64,000 nt of DNA. Source: Rhodospirillales bacterium. Its GTDB lineage: Bacteria; Pseudomonadota; Alphaproteobacteria; Rhodospirillales; SHVU01. How positions within the stretch are numbered: position 1 is the stretch's first letter; each line of letters starts with the position of its first letter. The stretch is from positions 1,629 to 65,628 of the forward strand of contig SHVU01000006.1 in NCBI GenBank assembly GCA_009691105.1. Direction: 5' to 3'. Both the position numbers and the translations under genes were made by a program. Below, piece by piece: positions 20,207 through 29,959 of this stretch. The notes under the pieces were generated by a model. It did not search any database. It had not been told where the DNA came from and saw only the letters and a program-made list of their open reading frames with translations.

Positions 20207-21262
20207 CTACTTGAATGCTTTCCGCGGATCGAACGCGTCACGCACCGCTTCGCCCACGAAGACCAGAAGGCTCAACATGACCGCGAGGATCAGGAACGCG
20301 GTGATCCCGAGCCACGGCGCATGGAGGTTGGCCTTGCCTTGGTTGAGAAGCTCGCCGAGGGACGGCGAACCGGGCGGCAGGCCAAAGCCCAGGAAATCAA
20401 GCGCCGTCAGCGTTGTGATGGAACCGTTCAGGATAAAGGGCAGGAACGTCAGGGTCGCGACCATGGCGTTGGGCAGGACATGGCGGACCATGATGACGAT
20501 ATCGCTCACGCCCATGGCCTTCGCGGCGCGCACGTAATCGAAATTGCGGACCCGCAGAAACTCGGCGCGGACGACGCCGACCAGGGACATCCAACTGAAC
20601 AACAGCATCAGCCCGAGCAGCCACCAGAAGTTCGGCTCGACGATGGCGGCCAGGATGATGAGCAGATAGAGCGTCGGCATGCCCGACCAGATCTCCATGA
20701 AGCGCTGGAACAGAAGGTCCGTCAGGCCGCCGAAATAGCCCTGCACGGCGCCGGCCAGAACGCCGACGACCGAACTTACGATCGTCAGCGTCAGTCCGAA
20801 CAGCACCGAGATGCGGAAACCGTAGATCAGCCGCGCGACGACGTCGCGGCCCTGATCGTCGGTGCCGAGCCAATTGTCGGAGGACGGTGGCGCCGGAGCC
20901 GGGCTCGTCAGGTGATAGTTGATGGTCCCGTAGGAAAACCGGATCGGCGGCCACAGGATCCAGCCTTTGGCATCGATCAACTCGGCGACGGCCGGGTCGC
21001 GGTAGTAGGCTTCGGTCGGGAAGATGCCCCCGAACGTCGTTTCTGGATACTCGACGACGACAGGAACATAGAAATCTCCGTCGTAACGAACCAGCAGCGG
21101 TCGATCGTTGGCGATCAGCTCGGCGAAGAGCGACAGCACGAACAGCACGGAGAAAATCCACAGCGACCAGAAGCCGCGACGGTTGGCGCGAAAGCTGTCG
21201 AGCCGCCGTTGGGTGAGCGGCGAGATCGGGATGCCGAGGAAACGGGGTTGGGCGGCCGCCAT
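20207..21262 (-). CDS. yejE: peptide ABC transporter permease YejE
   Basis: 351 aa, multi-TM, DppC/OppC-like. Position within the yejABEF operon. Confidence 0.88.
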   Translation of the reverse strand: MAAAQPRFLGIPISPLTQRRLDSFRANRRGFWSLWIFSVLFVLSLFAELIANDRPLLVRYDGDFYVPVVVEYPETTFGGIFPTEAYYRDPAVAELIDAKGWILWPPIRFSYGTINYHLTSPAPAPPSSDNWLGTDDQGRDVVARLIYGFRISVLFGLTLTIVSSVVGVLAGAVQGYFGGLTDLLFQRFMEIWSGMPTLYLLIILAAIVEPNFWWLLGLMLLFSWMSLVGVVRAEFLRVRNFDYVRAAKAMGVSDIVIMVRHVLPNAMVATLTFLPFILNGSITTLTALDFLGFGLPPGSPSLGELLNQGKANLHAPWLGITAFLILAVMLSLLVFVGEAVRDAFDPRKAFK

Positions 21263-22377
21263 TAATTTCGCGCCTCGAAATCGATGCGCGGATCGATGAC
21301 GTGATACATGAGGTCGCCGACGAGATTCATCAGCAGGCCGAGCAGCGTGAAGAAATAGAGCGTCCCGAACATCACCGGGTAATCGCGGTTGATCGCCGAC
21401 TCGAAGCCCAGTAAGCCGAGCCCGTCGAGGGAGAAGATCACCTCGACCAAGAGAGCCCCGGTGAACAGGATGCCGATGAAGGCGCTCGGGAAACCCGCCA
21501 CGGGAATCAGCATGGCGTTTCGGAAGATGTGGCTATAGAGGATGCGCTGCTCGGCCAACCCCTTGGCCCGCGCCGTGACGACGTATTGTTTGCCGATCTC
21601 TTCGAGGAACGAATTCTTGGTCAGCATGGTCAGGCCGGCGAAGCCGCCGATCACCATGGCCAGGACCGGCAAGGTGATGTGCCATAGGTAGTCGACGATT
21701 CGCTCCTGCCACGACATCTCGGGCCAGTTCGCCGAGGTCAGGCCGCGCAACGGGAACCAGTCGAAGACGCTTCCGCCGGCAAACAACACGACCAGCAAGA
21801 TCGCGAACAGGAAGCCAGGAATCGAATAGCCGACGATGATGGCGGCCGAGCTCGCGACGTCGAAGCGGCTGCCGTGCCGTACCGCCTTGGCGATGCCGAG
21901 CGGGATCGAAATCGCGTAGATGATGAGCGCGGTCCATAGACCCAACGAGATCGAGACCGGCATCTTGTCGAGAACGAGGTCGATGACGCTGCGATCGCGG
22001 AAAAAGCTCTGGCCGAAGTCGAAGACCAGATAGCTCCGCATCATCTGGATGAACCGCTCGTGGGCGGGCTTGTCGAAGCCGAACTGGCGCTCGATTTCCT
22101 TGATGAGACTGGGGTCTAGACCGCGTGCCCCGCGATACGTGCTGGACGAGGAATCCGAAGATCGGCTGCCTTGGGTTTGCTGCCCGCTGCTTTGGGTTTC
22201 GCCGCGGGCGCCACCGGAAAACCGCGCCGTTGCGTCGACGGCGGTGCCGCGGATCTCCGCAATCATCCGTTCCACCGGACCGCCAGGCGCGGCCTGCACG
22301 ACTACGAAATTGATGACCATGATCCCGAACAAGGTCGGGATGATGAACAGCAAGCGGCGGACGATATAAGCCAACAT
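21262..22377 (-). CDS. yejB: peptide ABC transporter permease YejB
   Basis: 371 aa. [19 protein letters not shown] start typical of the DppB/OppB family, with the YejB-type Ser/Gln-rich insert. 1-nt TAATG overlap with yejE. Confidence 0.88.
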   Translation of the reverse strand: MLAYIVRRLLFIIPTLFGIMVINFVVVQAAPGGPVERMIAEIRGTAVDATARFSGGARGETQSSGQQTQGSRSSDSSSSTYRGARGLDPSLIKEIERQFGFDKPAHERFIQMMRSYLVFDFGQSFFRDRSVIDLVLDKMPVSISLGLWTALIIYAISIPLGIAKAVRHGSRFDVASSAAIIVGYSIPGFLFAILLVVLFAGGSVFDWFPLRGLTSANWPEMSWQERIVDYLWHITLPVLAMVIGGFAGLTMLTKNSFLEEIGKQYVVTARAKGLAEQRILYSHIFRNAMLIPVAGFPSAFIGILFTGALLVEVIFSLDGLGLLGFESAINRDYPVMFGTLYFFTLLGLLMNLVGDLMYHVIDPRIDFEARN

Positions 22378-22440
22378 GAGCGGTCTAGCGTCCTCGTCCG
22401 ATGACGTCGTCCGTCCGTCGATGCGACTCGGTCACGAAAT

Positions 22441-24282
22441 CTAGCGCTTCGCCTTCTTCGCTTCTAGTTCGGCGTTCTTGGCGGGATCGACCCACCAACA
22501 CTGCAGGCAGAAGCCATATTTGGGGGTGGTCGACGGCTTTCCGAGCTTGTCCCAGTAGGCGACCCGGAAACTGCGGCTGTGCCAGTTTGGAATCACGTAG
22601 TGCCCCCACAACAGGACGCGGTCCAGGGCGCGGGTCCGGGCAATGAGATCGTCCCGGTCGGTGGCCGCGATCACGAGATCGACCAGAGCATCGACGACCG
22701 GATCGGCGATGCCGATGGTATTGCGGCTGCCTTTGGTCTGAGCGGCCGCTGAGCCACAGAAATCGCGCTGCTCGTTTCCCGGCGACAACGACTGGCCGAA
22801 CACCTCGACCGTCATGTCGAAGTCGAAGTCGTCGACCCGGGCCTGGTACTGCGCGGCGTCGACGGTGCGGACGCGGGCCTTGATGCCGAGGCGTTCGAGG
22901 TTCGCGACGAAGGGCAGGGCGATCCGTTCGAAGGCTGGCGAGTTCAGAAGGATTTCGAACTCGAAGGGCTGGCCGGATTTGTCGTTGATGAGTTGGCCGC
23001 CTTTGACTGCCCATCCCGCCTGGCGCAGAAGCTCGAAAGCTTGGCGAAGCTCGTCGCGGATGTTGCCTTCGGCATCGCCTTTGGGCGGCAGATATTCCTT
23101 CGTGAAGACTTCGTCGGGAATCTTGCCGCGGAAAGGTTCCAGGATTTTGAGCTCAGCCGGGCTCGGCAGGCCCCGCGACGCAAGCTCGGAGTTCGAGAAG
23201 TAGCTCCGCGTCTGCGTGTACTGGCCGTAGAACAGATTCTTGTTCGACCATTCGAAGTTGAAGGCAAACGCCAGGGCGGCGCGGACCCGGCGGTCGGTGA
23301 ACAGCGGCCGGCGGATGTTGTAGGCGAAGCCCTGCAAGCCGGTTGGGATCTCGTGCCGGATCTCCTCCATCTTGTAGAGACCATGGCGCAATGCCGGACT
23401 GTCGTAGCCGGTGGCCCAATCCTTGGCGGCATTTTCGGCACGGAAGTCGTATTCGCCGGACTTGAAGGCTTCCAGCGCCACGGTGCCATCGCGGTAGTAG
23501 TCGTAGCGCATGAGATCGAAGTTATCGGATCCGACATTCACCGGCAGCTTCGCGCCCCAATAGTCTTTGACCCGTTCGAAGGTGATGGTGCGGCCGGCTT
23601 CGAACGATTTCACCCGATAGGGGCCGCTGCCGATGGGTGGATCGAGGGTAGCGCGCTCGAAGTCGCGGCCCTCCCAGTAATGCTTGGGCAGGATCGGCAG
23701 CTCGCCGATGATCAACGGCAGCTCGCGGTTCTCGCCGCCGGAGAAGTGGAACTTCACACCGCGCTCGCCAACCTTTTCGGCGCGATCGACGTTGGCGTAA
23801 TAACCGCGATAGAGCGGCCGACCTTTGGTTTTGAGGATCTCGAGGGAGAAGATCACGTCTTCCGGCGTCACCGGTTTGACGTCGTGCCAGCGCGCCTCGC
23901 GCCGCAGCGTGAAGGTGATCCATGAGCGGTCGTCCGGCCATTCCATCGACTCGGCCAGGAGCCCGTACCGTGAGAAGGCTTCGTCTTGCGAGCCCGTGGT
24001 CAGGGTTTCGAACAGGCCGCTGATGCCGGCGGCGGCAACGCCGCGGAGGACGAAAGGATTGAAGGTGTCGAAGGTGCCGATAGCGTTCAGGCGAATTTCG
24101 CCGCCGCGCGGGGCCTTGGGGTCGGCGTAGTCGAAATGCGTAAAGCCGGGGCCGTACTTTGGCTCGCCGTGCATGGCGATGGCGTGGCTGACGTGAGTTT
24201 TCGGTTCTGCCGCCGCGGCCAATCCCGACGCAATCGTTGCGCCCAAGACCAGACCGAGGAGCCGTCGGGTCATGCCGGTCAT
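22441..24282 (-). CDS. yejA: extracellular solute-binding protein YejA (family 5 peptide SBP)
   Basis: 613 aa. Signal peptide MTRRLLGLVLGATIASGLAAAA, with size and sequence typical of YejA. Confidence 0.88.
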   Translation of the reverse strand: MTGMTRRLLGLVLGATIASGLAAAAEPKTHVSHAIAMHGEPKYGPGFTHFDYADPKAPRGGEIRLNAIGTFDTFNPFVLRGVAAAGISGLFETLTTGSQDEAFSRYGLLAESMEWPDDRSWITFTLRREARWHDVKPVTPEDVIFSLEILKTKGRPLYRGYYANVDRAEKVGERGVKFHFSGGENRELPLIIGELPILPKHYWEGRDFERATLDPPIGSGPYRVKSFEAGRTITFERVKDYWGAKLPVNVGSDNFDLMRYDYYRDGTVALEAFKSGEYDFRAENAAKDWATGYDSPALRHGLYKMEEIRHEIPTGLQGFAYNIRRPLFTDRRVRAALAFAFNFEWSNKNLFYGQYTQTRSYFSNSELASRGLPSPAELKILEPFRGKIPDEVFTKEYLPPKGDAEGNIRDELRQAFELLRQAGWAVKGGQLINDKSGQPFEFEILLNSPAFERIALPFVANLERLGIKARVRTVDAAQYQARVDDFDFDMTVEVFGQSLSPGNEQRDFCGSAAAQTKGSRNTIGIADPVVDALVDLVIAATDRDDLIARTRALDRVLLWGHYVIPNWHSRSFRVAYWDKLGKPSTTPKYGFCLQCWWVDPAKNAELEAKKAKR

Positions 24283-24371
24283 CTCATTCGTCTCCCTGCG
24301 ACCGCCGTCGTGGGGTCATTCTTAGCGGAAATCCGACCCAAAGTCGCGGCCCGGTCATGTCGCGACCGAGG

Positions 24372-25058
24372 CTAGAACCACATCTCCATGCGAAGGCCGC
24401 GGGAATCGACTTCTTCGGCCGAGGCCAGCTTTCGCCCGGTCGCGGTCAACGCATCAAGCGCGGCAATGGCACAGGCGCAGGCATCGAGAAGATCGTCGGC
24501 CTTGGCGCCGGTGCCGGACAGTTGTCCCAACCAGTGGTCGATGTCGTCGAAGCCTTGGCTCGCGACGAGGTTTCGCCGTTGTGTCCGTTCGTCGGCAGTC
24601 TTTTTGTTGGGGAGAAAGTGGCCGCCGTTCAAGCGCTGAAAGATCAGCTCGGGGTGGCTCTCGCGAAAGACATCCTGTCTGACCGCCGCCGATAACAGCA
24701 ACGCGTCGACCTCGGCGATCTTGGGCAGAATGAAAAAGAGCTGTTGCGAGATGCCCTTGCCATCGGTCTTGGCCCAGGCGTTGGCGCGATCGTAGTCATC
24801 TCGCAAGTCCAAGAGCGGACGGCGCGCCCCCAGAAAGACGCGGGACCGAGCCCGGCCCAAAACCTCTCGCGCGGCGCGCTCGCAGGCGCGATAGCCCGTG
24901 TCGGGAAGCCCGATCGGAATGTCGATCATGGTCATGTCGGCCGCGAGCGGCGCGACGTCTACGATATGGCGGAGAATGTGGAAGTGGCGGCGGCCCGTGG
25001 CGGCGATCCGCGCCGCGACCCAGCCGCTTTTGCACCCGTCGCGGCCGAGCGCTGTCAT
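24372..25058 (-). CDS. DUF429 domain-containing protein (predicted RNase H-like fold)
   Basis: MTALGRDGCKSGWV...IDIPIGLP pattern typical of DUF429. ATG 25058 is chosen because the longer ORF (25190) runs into the upstream IMPase gene. Confidence 0.7.
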   Translation of the reverse strand: MTALGRDGCKSGWVAARIAATGRRHFHILRHIVDVAPLAADMTMIDIPIGLPDTGYRACERAAREVLGRARSRVFLGARRPLLDLRDDYDRANAWAKTDGKGISQQLFFILPKIAEVDALLLSAAVRQDVFRESHPELIFQRLNGGHFLPNKKTADERTQRRNLVASQGFDDIDHWLGQLSGTGAKADDLLDACACAIAALDALTATGRKLASAEEVDSRGLRMEMWF

Positions 25059-25087
25059 GGGTGGGCGCGGGCCGCTAGGCGATCCTA

Positions 25088-25873
25088 TCACGAGCCGGCG
25101 AGCAGCCGGAGCGCTTCGCGGTGTAGGGCGCCGTCGGCGGCGGCGAGAATTCGCCCGTCCGTCGCCAAAGTCACCGCCTTTCCTTGCCAATCGCTGATGG
25201 TGCCGCCGGCCCCTTCGATCACCGGCACGACGGCGGTGTAGTCGTAGGGCTTGAGATCAGCCTCGCAGACGATGTCGACGTAGCCCGACGACAACATGCC
25301 GTAGGCGTAGCACTCCGCGCCCCAGACGGCGCGGCGGACTCCTTGGCGCAGGCGCTCGAAGGCCGGACTATTTGCGCCCTCGAACATCTGAGGGGTCGTC
25401 GCATAGAGGAAGGCCGAACCGATGTCCTTGGCGGCGCGCGTTTTGACGGGCTTTCCGTTGCAGAGCGTTTCGCGGCCGGCGACGCCGATCCAACGTTCCT
25501 TCAAGATCGGCTGATCGATGATGCCGAGGACGGGCGTGCCGTTGCGGGCTAGCCCGATCAGCGTTCCGAACAGCGGCTTGCCGGTAATGAACGAGGCCGT
25601 GCCGTCGAGCGGATCGAGAACCCACTGCCACTCGGCGTCGGACCGAACTCGTCCCATCTCTTCGCCGTAGATGCCGTGCTGCGGGGCTTCGCGCTCGAGG
25701 ATGGCGCGCATCGCCCCCTCCGCCTCGCGGTCGGCGGCCGAGACCGGGCTGCGGTCGCTCTTGAACTCGATCGGATTGGGCTGGCGGAAATAGCCGGCGA
25801 GAATCGGTCCCGCCGCGTCCGCGAGCTTATGGGCGAGGACCGTGAACGCCTCAGCGCCGGAGGCTTCGGTCAT
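25088..25873 (-). CDS. inositol monophosphatase family protein (possible histidinol-phosphatase HisN)
   Basis: 261 aa from ATG 25873. Motifs GEE, WVLDPLDGT and ECYAYGMLSSGYVD. ATGA overlap with the cytochrome c gene stop. Confidence 0.85.
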   Translation of the reverse strand: MTEASGAEAFTVLAHKLADAAGPILAGYFRQPNPIEFKSDRSPVSAADREAEGAMRAILEREAPQHGIYGEEMGRVRSDAEWQWVLDPLDGTASFITGKPLFGTLIGLARNGTPVLGIIDQPILKERWIGVAGRETLCNGKPVKTRAAKDIGSAFLYATTPQMFEGANSPAFERLRQGVRRAVWGAECYAYGMLSSGYVDIVCEADLKPYDYTAVVPVIEGAGGTISDWQGKAVTLATDGRILAAADGALHREALRLLAGS

Positions 25874-26409
25874 GGAATCGGTTTCGGTGCCGGGCTCAGA
25901 GTCCGAAGATAGGCGATGACGGCCGCCCGTTCGTCCGCTTTGCGGAGGCCGACGAAGGTCATCTTGTTGCCTTTGACGAAATCCTTGGGGCTGGCGAGGA
26001 ACTTGTCGAGATCCTCTAAGGTCCAATTGCCTTCGGCGCCGGTCATGGCCGAGGAATACGAGAAGCCCGGCGCGGCACCCTTATCGCGTCCGACGATGTC
26101 CCACAGGTTGGGGCCGACCTTATTGGGGCCGCCTTGGACACCCGTATGGCAGGTCTCGCATTTCTTGAAGGACTTATGACCAGCCTCGACGTCCGCCTTG
26201 GCAAGAAGGGGAAGAGCGTTGCCAAAATCGACCGGGCCCTTCGCGGCGGCGGTCGGCGCGGCGTCGGCTTCTTCGGCCAAGCGCAGGGAGGCATGGATGG
26301 ATTTTTCGTCGACATGGACCAGGACGTTGCCGGACATGATCGCGCCCCAGAACACCCAGGCGCTGACCAAAAGCCCGCCACCCAGCAATTCCCAGTTCGA
26401 AAACTTCAT
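25870..26409 (-). CDS. membrane-anchored c-type cytochrome (CycM-like)
   Basis: N-terminal TM helix ([19 protein letters not shown]), haem site CETCH, and the distal Met region KMTFVGL. Confidence 0.88.
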   Translation of the reverse strand: MKFSNWELLGGGLLVSAWVFWGAIMSGNVLVHVDEKSIHASLRLAEEADAAPTAAAKGPVDFGNALPLLAKADVEAGHKSFKKCETCHTGVQGGPNKVGPNLWDIVGRDKGAAPGFSYSSAMTGAEGNWTLEDLDKFLASPKDFVKGNKMTFVGLRKADERAAVIAYLRTLSPAPKPIP

Positions 26410-26547
26410 CGCATCGTCCCCTTGGCCGCGTTTGGCCCGGCGCACTTTAGCCGCAAGGCGGCGGGCCGTTCAATCCACAAATCCCGGGCTTTCGGTGGCT
26501 GCCGCGACGGATTATGGTCCGCCGGGAACCATCCTATTGTGTCCGCC

Positions 26548-27291
26548 ATGAACCACCCGGCCAATCCTATCGTCATTGTCCCGGCCCGCATGGGCTCGAC
26601 GCGGCTTCCGGGAAAGCCCCTCGCACCCATCGGCCGGGACGCGATGATCGTTCATGTCTGGCGCCGCGCCGTCGAGGCGAAGATCGGCCCCGTCGTCGTC
26701 GCCTGCGCCGAACCAGAGATCGCCGAGGCGATTCGCCGAGCCGGCGGCACGGCGGTCTTGACCCGCGCCGAGCATCCTTCGGGCTCGGATCGGATTTTCG
26801 AGGCCCTGAACGCGATCGATCCGGCCGGCCATCATGACGTCGTCGTGAATCTTCAAGGCGACATTCCGACGATCGATCCGGCGGTGGTCGCCGCTGTGCT
26901 CGCGCCCTTCAATGAACCAACGGTCGATATCACGACGTTGGCCGCGCCCATTCGCGATGAAACCGAACGAACCAATCCCAATGTCGTCAAAGCGGTGATC
27001 GCGCTGGCGCCAAATGCGACCTCCGGCCGGGCGCTCTACTTCAGTCGCGCCACGGTGCCGACGGGGGATGGGCCGCTCTATCACCACATCGGCATCTATG
27101 GATTTCGCCGCGCCGCGCTGATGCGGTTCGTCGGATTGCCGCCGGGAGTCCTCGAGCAGCGCGAGCGGCTCGAACAGCTTCGCGCTCTCGAAGCCGGGAT
27201 GCGCATCGACGTCCAGCTCGTTGACACCGTTCCGCTCGGTGTCGATACTCCGGCCGATCTTGAGCGCGCCCGGAGGATTCTCGCGCCCTAA
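26548..27291 (+). CDS. kdsB: 3-deoxy-manno-octulosonate cytidylyltransferase
   Basis: 247 aa from ATG 26548. [30 protein letters not shown] and HIGIYGFR. Confidence 0.93.
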   Translation: MNHPANPIVIVPARMGSTRLPGKPLAPIGRDAMIVHVWRRAVEAKIGPVVVACAEPEIAEAIRRAGGTAVLTRAEHPSGSDRIFEALNAIDPAGHHDVVVNLQGDIPTIDPAVVAAVLAPFNEPTVDITTLAAPIRDETERTNPNVVKAVIALAPNATSGRALYFSRATVPTGDGPLYHHIGIYGFRRAALMRFVGLPPGVLEQRERLEQLRALEAGMRIDVQLVDTVPLGVDTPADLERARRILAP

Positions 27292-27337
27292 GCCGCTCCT
27301 CATAACCCGCTGATCAAGCGACACGAGCCCGCGACCC

Positions 27338-28195
27338 ATGTCCAAGGCTGACGAGACCATCGCCTTTCAAGGCCTGCACGGCGCCTATTCCGATTTGGCG
27401 TGCCGGCAGGTCTTCCCGAACATGACGACGTTGCCCTGCCGGGCCTTCGACGACGCCTTCGCCGCCGTGCGCGACGGTCGAGCGCGCCTCGCGATGATTC
27501 CGATCGACAATTCGGTCGCCGGCCGCGTCGCCGACATTCATCATCTGTTGCCGGACTCGCGACTGCACATCATTGGCGAGCACTTCTTGCGGGTCGATCA
27601 CCATTTGCTGGGCGTCAAAGGCGCGGTGCTGGCCGACGTCCGTCGCGTCCACAGTCACATCCACGCCCTCGGGCAGTGCCGGCGCATGATCCGCGAGACC
27701 GGCATCGAGCCGGTTGTGCACGTCGACACCGCCGGCGCCGCGAAAGACATCGCCGAGCGTGGCGACAAGAGCCAGGCCGCGATCGCCTCCGAACTCGCCG
27801 GCCACCTTTACGGCCTCGTCTCGCTCAAGGCGAATATCGAGGACGCCGAGCACAACACGACGCGCTTTCTGATTATGGCGCGCGAGGCGAAAGTGCCCGC
27901 CGTCGGACCCGACCTGATCGTCACCAGTTTTGTCTTCCGGGTTCGCAACGTCCCGGCGGCGCTCTTCAAGGCCCTCGGTGGATTTGCGACCAACGGCGTC
28001 AACATGACCAAGCTCGAAAGCTATTTGGTCGACGGCTGGTTCCAGGCGGCGCAGTTCTACGCCGAAGTCGACGGCCATCCCGAAGCGGCGCACGTCAAGC
28101 TGGCCTTCGAGGAACTCGCGTTCTTCACGCGCGAAGTAAAAGTTCTGGGCGTCTACCAGGCGCACCCGTTCCGCAAGGCCGAAGCCAGTCGCTAG
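27338..28195 (+). CDS. pheA: prephenate dehydratase
   Basis: 285 aa. IAFQGLHGAYS, IENSVAG-type PIDNSVAGRV, TRF, and a C-terminal ACT region. Confidence 0.92.
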   Translation: MSKADETIAFQGLHGAYSDLACRQVFPNMTTLPCRAFDDAFAAVRDGRARLAMIPIDNSVAGRVADIHHLLPDSRLHIIGEHFLRVDHHLLGVKGAVLADVRRVHSHIHALGQCRRMIRETGIEPVVHVDTAGAAKDIAERGDKSQAAIASELAGHLYGLVSLKANIEDAEHNTTRFLIMAREAKVPAVGPDLIVTSFVFRVRNVPAALFKALGGFATNGVNMTKLESYLVDGWFQAAQFYAEVDGHPEAAHVKLAFEELAFFTREVKVLGVYQAHPFRKAEASR

Positions 28196-29106
28196 GCGGT
28201 GTCGGCCAACCAGCCGGCGATCAACCATCGCGAGATCGATCCGAAGCGCGGCAGCTGAAAGTCGCGCGTCTCGAAATTCGCGACGTCGTCGCGGCTGAAC
28301 CAGCGCGCGTCCTCGAGTTCGGAATCGTTCAACGTGATCTCGCGGCTTTCGGCGTGGGCCCGGAAGCCGAGCATGAGCGACGTCGGGAAGGGCCACGGCT
28401 GCGACGCCTGATAGAGGGCGTCGCTGATCCGCACGCCGGTTTCCTCATGGACCTCGCGGGCGACGGCGGCCTCGAGCGTTTCGCCCGGCTCGACGAATCC
28501 CGCCAACGTTGAATAGCGCTGCCCCGGCCACACGGCCTGACGGCCTAGCAGGCAGTAATTGTCGTCGCGCGTGACCAGCACGATGATCGCCGGATCGGTG
28601 CGCGGGTAATGCTCGCGACCGCAAGCCTCGTTGGTGCATTTGCGGACGAAGCCGGCGCTGCGGCTGGCCGTGGGATTCCCGCAGACCCCGCAAAACCGGT
28701 GATTGCGGTGCCAGTACATCAGGCCACGGGCCAGCGCCAACATCGCGCCTTCCCTGGCCTCAACCAAGGGGCCGATCTCGCGAAGGTCCATGAACTGAGC
28801 GCCGCCGTTCAGGAAGCCGGCGCTGGGCGTCTCATGATGCGACAGATCGGCCGCGAAATAAGCGATGTCGCCGTCGACGCCGAGCAGCACCACCTCGGAG
28901 GCCAATTCGATCGCCCCCGGTACGTCCGCTCCGGTCACCATCACGGCGCTCGCCGCGTCGCCATGCAGCACGAGGCTGCGATCGCGCCAGACGGGCAGGA
29001 TTCGGCTTCGCGGGTCCCCAAGCTTTGCGGCGATCCAGGCCTCGTCGCGACGAAATTCGGCGCCGCGGTGAAGCCCCTCGCCGATAAACAGCATCGATGT
29101 CTTCAT
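28192..29106 (-). CDS. nudC: NAD(+) diphosphatase NudC (Nudix with zinc ribbon)
   Basis: Zinc ribbon CGVCGNPT...CTNEACGREHYPRTDP followed by the Nudix box GFVEPGETLEAAVAREVHEETG. ATG 29106 preferred; ORF maximum is 29142. Confidence 0.9.
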   Translation of the reverse strand: MKTSMLFIGEGLHRGAEFRRDEAWIAAKLGDPRSRILPVWRDRSLVLHGDAASAVMVTGADVPGAIELASEVVLLGVDGDIAYFAADLSHHETPSAGFLNGGAQFMDLREIGPLVEAREGAMLALARGLMYWHRNHRFCGVCGNPTASRSAGFVRKCTNEACGREHYPRTDPAIIVLVTRDDNYCLLGRQAVWPGQRYSTLAGFVEPGETLEAAVAREVHEETGVRISDALYQASQPWPFPTSLMLGFRAHAESREITLNDSELEDARWFSRDDVANFETRDFQLPRFGSISRWLIAGWLADTA

Positions 29107-29265
29107 GGAGAAAACCCTGACACAGCGCGAAACCCGAGGCAACGCCGGGCTCGCCGCGACTATCGGTCAAGTTTCCGCTTGGGTCGGATTCCGGCGCTTG
29201 CTAACGTTCCGGCACCGATTCGCAGTGCGATCACGGGCCCGGGCAAGGGCCCACCGGAGCTGACC

Positions 29266-29811
29266 ATGGGATCATTGCGGCGCGCTGCTGGCATTCTTGG
29301 GCTCTGCCTGGCCACGGCGTCGTGCACGTCCGGGACCTGTTCGATGACCTGGTTGCAGGAATGCGTCGACGATCCCGGCAGGCGCCTGCGGGGCATTAAT
29401 TGGCTGGAAGCGGAGAAGATCGACATCCGCATCCGTGACGGCGAACTGCAGCCGATGACCGTGCGACTAAGCCAAGGCAAGCCCTACGTCTTCCGCGTGC
29501 AGAATCGTGACGACTGGTCGCAGCGCTTTCAGAGCGCCGACTTCTTCAGCGCCATCGTCGTCGGCAAGTCTTCGGTCGATGGCGCCGAAAGCAAGGAGCC
29601 GTGCATTTCGTCGGTCATGGTCGAGCCCGAGAAAACCGTCGAGATCGAATTCGTCGCGGTCCGCGACGGGCGCTATCCGGTCGAGGTGCGGTCGATCCTG
29701 AAACCGCCGATGATGCCAGGCGTCGGCCACGGCGTGGTCGGCATCCGCCAGCCCTTTAGCCCTTTCGCGCTTTCTCTTCCGACTCCCGACTCGCGCCGGC
29801 TTCGGCTATAG
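29266..29811 (+). CDS. hypothetical lipoprotein, possibly cupredoxin-like fold
   Basis: 181 aa from ATG 29266. Signal/lipobox-like GILGLCLATASC. The beta-rich body weakly resembles EfeO-type cupredoxin domains. Function unknown. Confidence 0.55.
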   Translation: MGSLRRAAGILGLCLATASCTSGTCSMTWLQECVDDPGRRLRGINWLEAEKIDIRIRDGELQPMTVRLSQGKPYVFRVQNRDDWSQRFQSADFFSAIVVGKSSVDGAESKEPCISSVMVEPEKTVEIEFVAVRDGRYPVEVRSILKPPMMPGVGHGVVGIRQPFSPFALSLPTPDSRRLRL

Positions 29812-29817
29812 TCCGGG

Positions 29818-29918
29818 CGGGAGACTGGCGATGGACGGACCACTCGCCAACCCGGTCAGGTCCGGAAGGAAGCAGCCGTAACGAGTTTCGGTCCGGGTCG
29901 TCGACTAGTCTCCCACCG
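29818..29918 (+). ncRNA. ffs: signal recognition particle RNA (small bacterial 4.5S type)
   Basis: Contains the invariant domain IV core GGUCAGGUCCGGAAGGAAGCAGCC. The terminal helix is formed by GGGAGACU (29819..29826) and AGUCUCCC (29907..29914). Canonical position immediately upstream of dnaX. Ends are approximate. Confidence 0.9.
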
Positions 29919-29959
29919 TTTCCTCGGGCGGCACTGCCGCCTCACCCGGCGAGAGTCCG

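Noticed and set aside
24343-24366. Inverted repeat GTCGCG-N12-CGCGAC just downstream of the DUF429 gene (minus strand), followed by UUUGGG in the transcript; a possible intrinsic terminator before yejA.
   Set aside because: The stem is only 6 bp, with a 12-nt loop and a weak U-tract. Similar GC-rich palindromes occur by chance throughout the window.
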